Of a stretch of 64,000 nucleotides of DNA, positions 49,152-61,711 are shown piece by piece. The first letter of the stretch is position 1. Each line of letters opens with the position of its first letter. The position numbers were made by a program, and so were the translations under genes. The stretch is taken from assembly GCA_973895155.1 (NCBI GenBank), contig OZ316892.1, positions 11,782,238 through 11,846,237 on the forward strand, given 5' to 3'. Source of the stretch: Marsupella aquatica (lineage: Eukaryota; Plantae; Marchantiophyta). The notes beneath the pieces are model-generated. The model saw only the letters and a program-made list of their open reading frames with translations. It searched no databases and was not told where the DNA came from.

Positions 49152-49543
49152 TCACCTTTTAGAAAAGGGCAAGCGAATACAGTAGGAATAGCTATGCGTA
49201 GAGCTTTACCCAATGAATTGAAGGAGCATCTATAACATCTACCCAATGAATTGAAGGAGCATCTATAACATCTGCTGAAATAAAAAAAGTTAGGCATGAA
49301 TACTCTACAATAAGCGGTATTCAGGAATCGATTCATGATATTTTGATTAATCTAAAAGAAATTGTTATAAAAAGTGATTCTCGTGAGCCCCAAAAAGCAT
49401 ATATGTCTATATACGGACCGAAGAAAGTGATTGCTCAAGATATAAAAGTACCTCCCTCTGTTAAGATAATAGATGATACAAAATATGTTACAACTCTAAC
49501 TGAAGGTATTTCTCCAGATATTGAATTGAGTATTGAAAAAGAT
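49152..49543 (+). pseudogene. rpoA: Plastid rpoA fragment (NUPT), degenerate
   Basis: SPFRKGQANTVGIAMRRAL..HEYSTISGIQESIHDILINLKEIV..GPKKVIAQDI..IELSIEKD, with a ~33-bp tandem duplication at 49207-49272. Confidence 0.9.
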
Positions 49544-49627
49544 ACGCATTTTAAAGTTTTGATTCATATTTGTGGCGTTGATCATCCCTCTCGAAAATGA
49601 AGATTCAAAGTAGTTTATAATTTACTT
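49544..49627 (+). pseudogene. nad9: Mitochondrial nad9 fragment (NUMT)
   Basis: FKVLIHICGVDHPSRK*RFKVVYNLL resembles the nad9 DICGVD.PSRK.RFEVVYNLL motif. Confidence 0.8.
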
Positions 49628-49758
49628 AATTATTCCTATATTAATTTCCATTTTTTCTCAGAAATGTTTTTCAGAACCTTTGATTAATTATTGGTGGAAT
49701 AATTATCAATCTCAAATTTTTCTTATTTCTTTCCAAGAAGAAAAAGCTTTGGAAAAAC

Positions 49759-50979
49759 TTTACGCCCTGGGCGACACACATTGTGACACCTGAATTTTTC
49801 GCAAAATCAATGGAAGATGGAAATAAGATGCAAAGTTCACGAATTAATTGCATTTTGGTACCCAAATACCCAACTTTACCTTGCTGACAATACTTGTGAA
49901 GGACGCTTCTGAGAGGTGTCCCATGGAGACCAAACTTATGAAGGACGATACTCGGCGGAAGTTCGAAGACAGATTTTTGTTACCCATTTACCCTAGTTAT
50001 TTAGTGATCTTTTTCTACCTTAGTTTAGTACTCAATTTTATTACCTTTTTTCTAAGTTTTGAAAAGGCATGACTTTTCATTTCCCCTTTTTATGCTCCAC
50101 TTAGACCTATAAGATTATTGTTTTCCTTTTTGTTTTTCAGTGAAGCTTGTATTCAGTATTGCAAACTTTTGCAAGTTTTCCTCCTTCCTTTGTAATCATT
50201 GCTTTCGAGAATGATTTATGAATGAAGTAAAACACTTCCTTTGTGATGTAATGAATTTATTTCAGAAGATTCCTGTTGGTGCCTGAGTTTTTCATTACAG
50301 ATTTCCAAGATCAGATGAATTCAAATTATGATTGCTTGTGGGTCAAGAATCGCTAAGAATTCAATGATCAATGTGGATAAAAAGGAGCAAGATTCTGATT
50401 TCAGAATAGTTAGTACCGTTACCCTTACTTTGGCATACCCACTAGTGATAGATCAGAGTTGCATATCGCCAAAGTTCTATCCATGTTGACGGCATTTTAG
50501 TGAGTATCATTGTATCGGTCACCAGAAAGCTACTTTGGTGTTGGTGAGCATTTATCCTTTCTGTTTATATTTTCATGGTGATGGAGAAGAGCAATTGAGG
50601 TGAGATTTGTTGCAATCTTGTTAACACAATAAGACCAGAATCCTTTTTGAAGGAGTGGCAATGGCGATTCAATCCATTGGACCTTGGTTCTAAAAGCTTT
50701 TCCATAATCCATGACTTGGGAATTAATCTTTTCTGTTCATTTTGTTAGTTTATCCATTTGTTTCTCTTTTGTCTGAAGATTTGGTTGAGTGATACTCTTT
50801 AGTCTTCAAAACAATTACAATCATTCAATCCATTCCTTTTCTGTTCTTAAAGGGATCGAACCCTTGGTCTTTAAGTGAAAAGTGTCACTTTCGATTCTTC
50901 CGGCTATACCACACACATGCTACAATGGCCAGGACAAAGGGTCGTGACCTCGCGAGAGAGAGCTAACCCCAAAACCTGG
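49759..50979 (+). pseudogene. Short plastid-type 16S rRNA fragment split by a solo LTR (49759-49781 + 50919-50979)
   Basis: Rejoined sequence tacgccctgggcgacacacatgctacaatggccaggacaaagggtcg..gagctaaccccaaaa resembles the plastid 16S 3' domain. Confidence 0.8.
49782..50913. mobile_element. Solo LTR (Gypsy-like), 1.13 kb
   Basis: TGTGACACC...TACCACA with 5-bp TSD CACAT (49777-49781 / 50914-50918). Confidence 0.85.
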
Positions 50980-51530
50980 ACTTCAACTTTTGTCCACAAT
51001 CTTGCGTTATTGTCGTCAAGCCTACGATGGAAAGTTCTTGCTGGCTGTTGATGCCCCTTCCCAGCTACTGTCATTGGCGATTCTATTCTTGCATTGCACT
51101 ATAGCATTTTAGCTTGATCTGGCTAAATTCTTGCATTCTATCATCGTTGCTTTTGTGCTGCTGAAACCTTTTTTGGGGCTGGAACCTGCGTGTCCCCCTC
51201 ACCATGGTCATCCGGGTTGCTTACGCCCTTAAGGACGTTACCAATTCCTTTCTCTTAAAAATCAAAACTTTTATGATTTCAGACTTGATTGTACCTTTTC
51301 ATTACATAGGAGTCATAGCGCTTCTCATCTTACTCACATCGCTTTGACTTGCGCCAGAATGTCACTGAAATTCATACATCAATGACAGATCCATGTCAAC
51401 ATGATGTCTGTCATACTTCCCTAGACCATTGAACACCAACTCTAAATGCCTAAGCCACTCTCCTTACACTCAAAAACAATCATGAACCATAAATTCCAGG
51501 ATTTCTAAAAGTTCTCTCAACTACGGTTGT

Positions 51531-52132
51531 ATGGTTATGGATGGACCTTATATAAGTCTGAATGCTACCCTTTCCCTTATTGCTTGCAGGATTCTTACCT
51601 TGCAAGACTGTTACCTCCGTATGGACACTGGTAGTTCTGACCATGTGGTCGCCTATGATAGCGAGTACCAAACCATTGCTGATTTCCTTGAGGAATGGAA
51701 GCCATCCTCTATTCCCTTCAACCACATATAGTGGTTAATAGTTAGTGCACAGTTTGTGCACAAGTTGGAGCTACTGTGAGCACACTTTCTTTGGTTGCAA
51801 CTTGGGATCACCTTTGCGCGTCGTTTGTAGAGAGGCTGACCACTTCCCACATTGAGTCCCTAGCTGTTACCCGTAATGTCCTCCATGGAAAATGGATGAT
51901 TTTTGTGGATCATGACAAAGTTGACCAACATTGGGCAACTGTAGCATTATCAATGGTTAAGGGGGATTTGTTGTACAATGCCAAGGTCTCTACTGCACAT
52001 GTTAAGCCTGAGAAAAATGGACATCCAAAGGAAGAAATAGTGCCACTTGGCAAACATGTTATCTGCATTTGGTCTAAAAACTTTGCTGACACCATCAATG
52101 TCTTTGCTCTTCATGGGTGCTTGCGGGAATGA
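51531..52132 (+). pseudogene. DUF1917/UPF0696 (C11orf68-like) gene, broken and 3'-truncated
   Basis: FLEEWKPSS; GKWMIFV..VDQHWATVA..AKVST..HVICIWSKNFAD..V....LR pattern, recognised from memory of the family. Confidence 0.6.
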
Positions 52133-52743
52133 CTCCTTCAAATGACTTTATATACAACTCGGCTTTGCAAGAGTCAGGGTTGTTACCATCATAGCCCCTA
52201 CACCTGGCACTGAGTCTATCAGTGTTTCGTGCAACCCTCTTAAAACTCCATCCTGCTCTAGCCTCATAATCATCTAGAACTCTGTCAAAGTCACTCCATG
52301 TCAAGTATTGCTTCCCTTTTAGCAATCTTGACTCAAATAGTGTGGGTTCATGTCCATCAACAAACCCTGCACAATTTGAGGTTGTGTTGTTAAAACCATC
52401 ACGGGCTTTAATTGACCAATCCAAGGCAAACTTGAAGGGGACTATGATGAGGACCCACCTGAATGTATGGGATGAATCTGAATTGGTTCATCCTCCTCCA
52501 CCAACTCCCTCACATCAATTGCCGGATCCTTGCGCGGATTATCCGTGCGGGGCAAGTCCTCCACACCATGAATAGGATGAATGGTATGATCATGTGCGCG
52601 AAGGGATTGGGGTCCTTCATAGACATGAGTGATGGGAGGAGGGAGGTCAACTTCGGAGTCATAGTCAAGGTCTTTGGAATCAGAAGAATTGAGTTCAACA
52701 GTTTGGAGCCAAGACTCGTCATGGGGGTCCATGGAGTCCATCT
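52120..52743 (-). pseudogene. MuDR/FAR1-like transposase N-terminal DNA-binding region, truncated
   Basis: Acidic N-terminus followed by GKQYLTWSDFDRVLDDYEARAGWSFKRVARNTDRLSARC...CKAELYI; no DDE core. Confidence 0.55.
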
Positions 52744-55719
52744 TTCCTAAGTAAGATTTATGGAGGAAGAGGCAAAGAATTAGCATTCTAGGACTGATTC
52801 TTGTAATGCTAATTGGGCCAAGTAATAAAAATTGGTAACCTTAATTTATTGGCTAAGTCCTCAACACTGCATGTTTTACACATAGCGCCTCGGGGTATTT
52901 CATTGAGTATCCTTGGACAATAGGGATGTCTGAGCTATTCCATGGGATTCAATCTCATATTCAGTGAATTAAATGGGCAGTGTGCAGCGTGAAAATTATG
53001 TCTTCTAGCTTGTTGGTTATTTCCTCCAGATTAGGCGCCTCATTTCTTAGACTCAGATGCTTCCTTATTTCATCATTGGACCTTCATTCCATTCAATTAC
53101 ATGAAATGCCTTGAGAGTATTTCAAGCAAGCAAATTGAAGTTGTTCGATGACATGGATCCACATTTGCTCATTGAATGTGTTGTATTAAATTAACTGATT
53201 ACAATAAGTCACAAAAAAAAAGATTGACTGAAGCTCATACCGCAAGGGCACTCCAGCAACAGAACCTGAAATATCCAGGAAGGCATGGCCACAAACATTA
53301 GAGAAGCAACCGAGCCACGCAACCAGGGATTGCAGCAGAAAATGACATAGGATGGCAGGCAAAAAGCAAATGTTGGAAACCGCAGGGCCAGAGCTGTCTG
53401 CTATTAGCAGCAAGACTAAGAAAGGTGCAGACTGAGGCGAGGTGCAGACTGAAGGCGCAGAGACAAGGCACGGAAGGTGTTGCAGAGTGCACACCAAAGG
53501 ACAACAGACTGCAGGACATAGCAACAAACATAGCACAAAACTCCAAGCTTGATCATACCTTCTCACGGGAGCTGCACAACGAGGCCAGCTTTGGGCACGA
53601 GGATAAAGCTTTTTGGACATCCTTATACTATAGCAATCTGGCAGGAGTGTTTCCCCGTAAAATGTGCTGGATTTACTCGCGCTTCCCGCCACCAGTGGTA
53701 ACTGAGATGCAGGTAAACTGCCAATGGAAAAATAAAGACGTTTTACCATCCATTTGTAGCCCGTTTCACCCCTGACGAGGTGTAAAACAATCTGTCCCTA
53801 TGTCACAGTCCATGGGGATAGACATGGGAAACGTCCCGGTCCATCCGGGCTTTAAGTTCCCAAATTTTGACAAGACCAGTAAATTACCAAATAGAAATTA
53901 CCAAATAGTTATGATCTAAACAATCCCAACATCATTGTTTCTTATTCTTATGAGCTTATGATTTGATACAAAATGTCATCCTTATCAACTCGAATATATG
54001 TAGGCCCTTATCATGCAAAATAGTTTGAATTATTTTGATTAGTAAACTAAAAATACATATGATCTCTAAACCATTCATGTGACAACATGCATGTGGCATT
54101 CAAAAAAAATGTGAACTGTCCCTTACTTCCATCTTGCTCTCTGAAAGTCTTCCCCCAAAGATAAAAAAAACCTTCTCTTCATTGCACATGATGTTCCCTC
54201 GGTACGGAAGCATAGCATGCTATGATTGTCCTCCCTCTGAGTTATAAGCATTCCAAAATAAAAACATCTGAAAGCAATCAACAGATTCTTAGTTTGATTT
54301 TGTACTGCTAAGTTTGCAAATTGAACAAGTAGCATTGACCAACTTGCAAACATGGTCCTTCAAAACTATGGTTTGCTTTGGCTATATATCCATTCTATCT
54401 TTAAACACTTCCTCCCCTTCTCCAGTTTGATTTCCTCTAGTACTTCTGCATTTCCACTTCCTCTCCCTTTTTGCAGAATAATTTCCTTCCTTTCCCCTTC
54501 TATTGATCCACTTCCTTCCTATTCCCCTTCTACTTAGAGTTCCCCATGCTATTCGATGTATTGGCACTCAGCTTGTTGATGTCATCAGGACAAGGGTTGC
54601 CGTTGGTAACGTCTTTTGTGTTATCAATATTATCTTCACTAAAATAAATGTTGCTGAATAAATGATATTTGTGCCAACATACCTCCAATTGCAACCACAG
54701 GGAGAGTTCAACCCTAGCCATTAAAATAGTAGACTCCAAAGAAAATACAGAACACAACCTAATGGTGGAACCTGATATAACTTCTTCCAAAGTTGCCTAA
54801 ATGCATTTAAACCATTCTGCTGCTTCAGTGTTGATGCAAAAACCTCTTTGTCTTTGCCCTTGCCCTCATCTGAATTTCCACTCTTCGCAAGTATAGGAGT
54901 TCAGTCCAAAAGGGAGTCTCACACCTCTTGTTCCCCATTTGTTTTTGGTCAGCTGCTGCAGGAAATTTCAGTCCGCTTTTGAAACCCAACTTCTGGGGAA
55001 ACTTAACCCTGAGGGTGGCGTCCCGTTTGAGACAGGTCACAACACCTGCCAGCATCAGGTGTGTATCCTTGACAGGGATGTCAAAGATAACTCAAAGTCA
55101 ACAAAGTTTCAAATAGTGCTGAAGGGCAGCTACACATTTTGACCCATGACCTTGCCCACTACATTCCAGCTGCATTAGGGAGTCTCAAATACAATGAATT
55201 TTTGTGTGTGACCTTGTTGGGGAGTGTTGTGATCCGGGGCAGCGGGGAAAAAACTGGTCAGGCACCAAATGTGAGGCCCGACCAGTCATGTTGGGGACTG
55301 TGACCGAAACTGAGGGCCGACTGCTACAAGGAGAGGACCCAATTTCAGTGTGTTGATTGACTCACCTTGAGATTTTCACACACTCCCGCGATCTGAGAGC
55401 CCAAAAATATCACTGCCCAGCTATATCCAGTTTGGGTGCACCCAAGTGCATCGCGGGACACCCGTGAGGTGGGTTTCAATATTTGAGACACCCTATTAAA
55501 CCTCTGTGGAACAGAAAGCCTGAGATGCAATATTGAAAGGTGGGCCTGCTCTTGTGCTCGTATGCAACAGGACATTCAGACCCATGAATGCACTTTCTTC
55601 CACATTTTTGCTTGATTGCTCTCCCCTCTTCCTCAATGTGTCCATAGTGCCTATCTCCCTTGCTGTCATGGGATTGATTCGGCCAGTCCTCGCAGCTCAA
55701 CAAAGTGCACTCTCCCTAT

Positions 55720-55811
55720 TTTCTGGAGTCAAAACAAAAGAAAGTTGGTGAAAGCATTTCTACCATTTCTGGAGTCAAAACAAAAGAAAGTTGGTGAAAG
55801 CATTTCTACCA
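55720..55811. repeat. 46-bp tandem duplication
   Basis: tttctggagtcaaaacaaaagaaagttggtgaaagcatttctacca x2. Confidence 0.9.
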
Positions 55812-56177
55812 GGAACAATCATTCTGGAAAAGATTTCCAGAGACAATTTCAATCTTTGTTTCTAGATTAATTGTAGTTAGGTTAAATGACACATAAATAT
55901 AGCCCAACTATAGCCTCATCCGACAATAGTTTGCTTTTACCCAAAATCTTTGTCACACCCTATTATAAATATTTCACTCTTGTTATATCTTGGAGACTAC
56001 TAGAGATAGCTTTTATAAGTAAGAAAATGTTGTGGAGCTTGTGAAGGCTCCAGAGGAATAATATCTGAGTGTGCCCTTTCTGCACCGACCAAAAGGGAGT
56101 TCGAGATCCTCAATCTGGACCACGCACTGAATTGTCAATTTTGAACCTGGGCCAAGCAGATCAAAACTTCGAACTGT

Positions 56178-56380
56178 ACCAAGTGGATTAGTTTTCCTTC
56201 ACTGAAATAAACATGATACTAATATTTTATGGGTTACTTTTCATCTTACTTTGAAAGGACTAATATTTCTCATTCGGTCACCAAGTGGGTTAGTTTCCCT
56301 TCACTGAAATAAACATGATACTAATATTTTATGGGTTACTTTTCATCTTACTTTGAAAGGACTAATATTTCTCATTCGGT
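56178..56380. repeat. 102-bp tandem duplication
   Basis: accaagtgg..cttcactgaaataaacatg..ctcattcggtc x2, near-identical. Confidence 0.9.
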
Positions 56381-56827
56381 CTAAACATCCCGAAGGAGGG
56401 TGGTGCATTTGGATACTTGCTGCCATGTTTGATATATACATGCAAGTTCCCCAATGTCGCGTTTGGAACACCGATAAAATTAGACCTTGTACCAATTCTC
56501 CTCATTGCAGTCATCTGAGTCTGTGTCGATCTGCTTATAGCTCTATGGAGAATTTCCTCCATAATCCCAGTCCACAAACACATCCATGTTACCTACGTTG
56601 AGCGACAAGCAATGGACTAGCTTATTCGAAAATAACAGAGTGGAAGTGAGGGTGCACCATAGAGCTTTGATTCTGCCATGCACGCGCTAAACTCCCGCAA
56701 ATACCAAGGTAGCTTAGATCCATGATAATTAGTGCAATAGCAATGAAGAGCTGATACGCGACTGGTGTATTGTGTACTCCTCCCAAAGCAATGGGTTTGG
56801 TAGGAAAGATCATTGGAAAATCATCCG

Positions 56828-59800
56828 TTACATGACATCTATCTCCTGATTCAAATAATGGTACTTCCACGCTTCTTTGGACAAATAGTCAGGATCTAGA
56901 AACTTGGCGAGGAAACTCCACAGCTTATAGACATCTTCAAAACTAGTCATAAACCCCACAGCAGCTGTTACAACAGGAATTGTAAGAGGTTCTCCTTCTC
57001 CAAACTTTTCAAGGTCAAGTTTCCCTGGACGGGGAGAATCAATTGCCCCATCTTCATCAATTTCATCCACTCCATATAACCTTTCTTTTTCTGCCACAAA
57101 ATCCGAGGACATCTCTGGATCAACTATATTACAAAGTCTCCCAACACCGAGGGAGATGTTACACCTATCTGCAACTCGCTGAACTAAACCTGGTTGTACA
57201 AGTAATCCCCTCCAATCAAATACATTGAATGATACTCCTGCTCCTCTGTCATACTGCACCTTTGGGCCATATATCCGAATAAGAGGAATGCCTTGGTTCG
57301 AATGATGCCGGAGCTTGAGCAGAGAGTTCACCAACCAGTTGCTTAAGAACCGTACCCTGTAGCTCAATTTGGTGAGCCCCAATGAGTCTGCAAAATCCAG
57401 ACCCTTACAAGAAATTATGGGCTCCCCATGATCTTCCTGTAACTCAGCCTCTGGAATGTCTTCATACTCATACTCAGTATCAAATTCTTCACCCTCCTCG
57501 TAACCAGCTGGTTGCAGGTCATCCACCGAGTACCTGAACAACCACATGGGATGCAAACATTGAAAATAACATAAGATTGTTTTCAGCTGTTATTAAGAGT
57601 GACTGTTACAACCGCTTTCTTTAGTACTGTAAGGTAGTCGACTGTGCAGAAAAAGTTATTGAGACGGCACAATTGTGATCAAATGTGACGTCTCGCTGTC
57701 CTGTAAAAGCAATGAGATCATCATAATAACTTGGGAAAACCAGCCCACAATGCAGGAGACTAACTAATAGTCACCTGAAACATCTCACAAGGCCAGGAAA
57801 TGTTGAACTAACCTGGATTGGTCGAGTGATTCATTGTAATACTCTGACTGAAAGAAAGACTCTTCATCACTGTCGCCCATCTTTAGTCTGCCAGAATCTT
57901 CTGCTAATGCCGTGGCTAGACTTCTTGTTCCAAATATCTCCTTGGCATAAACCCCATCCTTAAAATTTACATCTCTTGACAAAGTTATGTTGCTGCGAAG
58001 ATCGGAACGACCATTTTCGAAGCCCTGATCTTTTTCATCACCGACACTCGCAATTTCAAAACTGTCATCACGTGTACCGCTTTCCTCTTTACTGGGACTC
58101 GTGGTCATTGAGGGGAGACTGTGAAACGAATTCTCCCTACCTAAACTTTGAAACTTCTGAACCAGTCCCTGAACTCCCATCTCTTGGAAATCACTTAACT
58201 GTTTTCCGGTGTGCTTCTCGAAACTGTCCTTCCTCTCAAAACTATGGAGCTTCTCCCTCAAAGGAATCGGGTTCCCAGGTTCTGTTGTCGAAGATTCATT
58301 CCGTTCCACGACATTGTTACTGAGTTCACCACTTAACGCAGAGTTGCTCGATTCTTCCCCGTTTTCGACGTCGGACCCTGCGTTACCATCATCCTGAAGC
58401 CGCCTGGTTAAAAGATTTGACTCGGGAATCTCCTCACTTCTGGGATCTTTAAGATCCGATCCTGAACGCTGTTGCGAATCTGCAACGGCACTCGAGTCCC
58501 ATGTCGTCCTCCCAGCATCTTCATCTTCATCAACAGCTTCAGCGTCGAGCTGGCCTGAGTCCTCCACGAAGTTGCTTTTTAGATTGACGGTGTCTTCATC
58601 AATCTCGTTCTCCCCTCCATTTCGGCAAACGTCAGGGAAGCCCATCTGATCGCCTCCACTTCGATTAACGTCATCAATTGCTTTGCTACAACCTGTGTCA
58701 CTCTCCGAACGCTCCTCCAGCTCCTGATCTTCCATATCCCCTTCCGGGATCGGTGAAATTCCTTTGCCAGCGAGACTCTCAAACTCGATTGGCTCGTAAT
58801 CTTGTTGGACCCCAATCGCTCTTCCCTGCGTGTGCCATTGGGAATTAGTAGGCCACTGACTATCCTCAACTTCACTCACGGGATCATCGTCCAGCTCTTC
58901 AATCTCATTTTCACTTTCACTGCTATCGTAAAGACCCGTGGTGGGCTCCCACCTGTGCCCGGTCCCGTTGCCTCCATTAGGCCGTTCTCCTTCGAATTCA
59001 GTTGCTGTAAACTCTGAAGAGTGTCGTGATTTCGCAGGTTGGGACACGAATTCGACCTGACTTGCACCTTCATCTCCTTCAATTCCGCCGTTAGATCCTG
59101 CTAAATGGGCGGAGTGTTTCTTTCTGCGCCGTGCCAGTTTACTCCTCCTACTCCAAGACTTCCAATGTCGATGTGTGGATTCCTTAATTTGGTTTTCTGT
59201 CAGCTCAGGTAGTGCTCCTGGGAAGAAGGGACCGGAGAACGAACTGAAGGAGTGTTCATTATCCTGTTCCAATCCCCACGAGCGTCGATGGAGCTGAAGC
59301 TCACCGTCGTCCTCGGACTCATTAATTTCAGGTCTGTCCACGGTGAAAGTGTTGAGAGAGACGATTCGGACCATTCCGACTGATCGAGCCAGCGAAGAAC
59401 TCCGGAGGCAGTGAATGGCCATGTTCTTGATGAACAGGCAGCCAAATCCAGTGGGGTCGGTGCCGAAAACTTTGTAGAACGAGCTGACGATGAAGTCAGG
59501 CCGGAAAAGCGATAGACCGAGAGAATCCATGTCTTTAGGACCCAACGAGGAGGCGTCGAGCAGTACGTGCCACCTGTTTTGCTGAGCTTCAGACATCCAT
59601 TGATAGGAATACTTTGCACCCGTCATTCGAGATTGAACAGGGAAGACGAAGAGGCCCCTCGCTGACTCGGTCTTCGTTTTCTTCCCCTGAAGCAGTTTCC
59701 TCAAATGAGAGGTACCAATCCTCAACGAAGGCCACTTGAAGCACGCACTCATAATTTGAGCTCCCTTGCGTTTTGCACAGTCGGCCATCCCGTTCACGGC

Positions 59801-60448
59801 ATCGCTCTCAAAGTCATACACTGTGAGCAGTTTCCGATTCACATGAAAAGGATAGGATTCCGCTAGAAGCTTGAACGCCGTTCCTCTACTGGCCGTAAAG
59901 ACCATGCTGTATTCCGTGTCATTTATGTTCAAGTAATCCATCACCCGCTTCCTAATGCAAAATTCAGCTGTCCGCTCGTGCGCCGTTCCATGGAGGGCGT
60001 GCGTGGCGAGATTTGCAGCAACATACGCCAAGCCGAACGACGAAGTTGCTTTGTTGACGATCTGTTGATAGTAAGAGAACAGGCCGAACCCACAGTAGTC
60101 CATACAAACATGTTGGTTCTCCTCTAGATGAAAGAATTCTCGATCTCGGAGGTCGTCAACCTCCAGAGTCTCGGAGTAGCCCGGGTAGCTGCATAGAAAG
60201 GAGTCGTAGGCCGCTTCTATGGATGGCAGAGATCCAGGATTCGTATAAACTTCGTCCTGGGCGCCTTTCGCGGTTGCCTTGAGGAACTCTCGCCGAACTT
60301 CGAAACGAACCAGAGATGTTCTGTTGACACTACTCTTATTACGACTCCTGCTGTTGCCATTTCCACTTGCCTCACCACTCGTGGACCTGTCCGGAGGCTC
60401 TGGATCAATGTCCTTCCCAGTTTTATGCTGCCTGAAGAGAGTTGGCAT
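56828..60448 (-). CDS. PLP-dependent transferase, Moco-sulfurase-like (aminotransferase class V, no MOSC domain), 2 exons, about 1113 aa
   Basis: Exons 60448-57813 and 57533-56828 (GT-AG, phase 2). CMDYCGFGLFS, FPVQSRMTGAKYSYQWM, HVLLDASSLGPKDMDSLGLSLFRPDF, SFYKVFG.DPTGFG, YGPKVQYDRG, FEDVYKLWSF, plus a long acidic insert. Start codon uncertain. Confidence 0.9.
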
Positions 60449-60735
60449 TCTCTTCGGCTTGGCCTTCCTGCCGCTAAAGCAGGTTATTTTCTTGAATGTC
60501 TCCAGTGATTACTATCTCTACACGCACCGGTCTAGGAAGTTCAGGGTCCTGATTCCGCCTATTACGCTGCCCAATTTCTGACTTCCATAGTTTCCCAGTT
60601 CCGTAGAGGTGTTCGAGCTCCGTATCTGACTATCCCCGTGCACACTACAGCGTCCCATTTCGCCTTTTGATCAAGCTCCATGTGTATGATTCCTTTCCCC
60701 ACTCCTCCGTACTGAAAAAGGTGGGGCATCATTAG

Positions 60736-61711
60736 CAGAGGGGTGCCATCACACACCAAACTCGAAAGTGTTGCCAGCCGATTCCTTGGAGCAGGCACTG
60801 AAAGGGCATGCGAAGACAGAATCAGTTCTCCCTATCGCAAGTACTTGTTCCCAAGCCCAGAAAATCAACCGCTACGAGGAGATTGGGGCCGAGCTAAAGG
60901 AGAAGGACCTGGTGGCAAGTCAGGGGAGCTACCCAAGGCACCGTAGCTGGGGAAGCACTCAGCAATGGCTACGAGAGGCAAACTGCAACTCTATTTCTTG
61001 CATGGTGTCCACCAGGATAGCCGAGGGCAAAGAGATCCGACTGCTCAGAGGGGTGCCATCACACACCAAACTCGAAAGTGTTGCCAGCCGATTTTGGAGC
61101 AGGCACTGAAAGGGCATGCGCAGACAGAATCAATTAATACCAAGACCAACAGCCTGATCCGCAAGCTCTCTCCTCCCTGGAACCTGCCTTCTTCGCTCCC
61201 GAATTTCTGATGGGCTGAGGGACAAGTTTAACAAGACGGTGGACCCACGGAATGGATGTCTTGCAAGGCCGAAAGTGGAAGAAGGGCATGCAACAAAGGG
61301 AGGGTAAGCACTGACAGACCTGGTAAAGCCTCCTGGGAGATGCGCAATTTCTTCAATCCGACACCAAAGACTACAGCGAGAAGAAATACCGCGCTCAGGG
61401 GCCGAGGGTGGCACCGTAAAATGACATAATCGACTGCCGAAAGAATAATTCCAGAGCTTCAGGGCCGAGACAACAGGAGAAACGACGAGGGCACAGCATT
61501 GTGCCGATATCAGCAAAGAGCCAAGGGTCGAGGCAATTTCGCCAAAGGAAGATGACGCACAAAGCTCGGACAAAGGCAGCGACAGCCAATCAGGCAAATT
61601 AATGCAGCTTGCACGAGACAGGTGCTCTTTCCAACACCAACACAGTTGAAAGGCACAGAGGACACCACTACAGTAGCAGCAGTAGTACGCGCATGGCAGC
61701 AAACGCGACCG
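60736..61711 (-). repeat. Local duplicate of the JAZ 5' leader and first codons
   Basis: 60828-61711 matches 41828-42703, and 60736-60827 matches 42060-42150; same orientation. The JAZ ATG context is disrupted in the copy. Confidence 0.92.

Larger units (their letters stand above)
48563..53860. mobile_element. Mutator-like element (internally deleted, with cargo)
   Basis: About 32-bp TIRs ggaacttaaagcccagatggaccgagacattt / aaacgtcccggtccatccgggctttaagttcc; 8-bp TSD cagatttt / caaatttt (1 mismatch); MuDR-like fragment inside. Confidence 0.75.

Noticed and set aside
50914-50979. Functional rRNA gene
   Set aside because: Under 100 bp, mutated and split by an LTR; it is an organellar insertion.
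53186-53775. 187-aa and 116-aa opposing ORFs inside the MULE
   Set aside because: No recognisable domain or homologous copy; cannot be supported as genes.
56828-60448. Calling the gene ABA3/MOCOS
   Set aside because: No C-terminal MOSC domain; the motifs fit the related plant PLP-transferase family.
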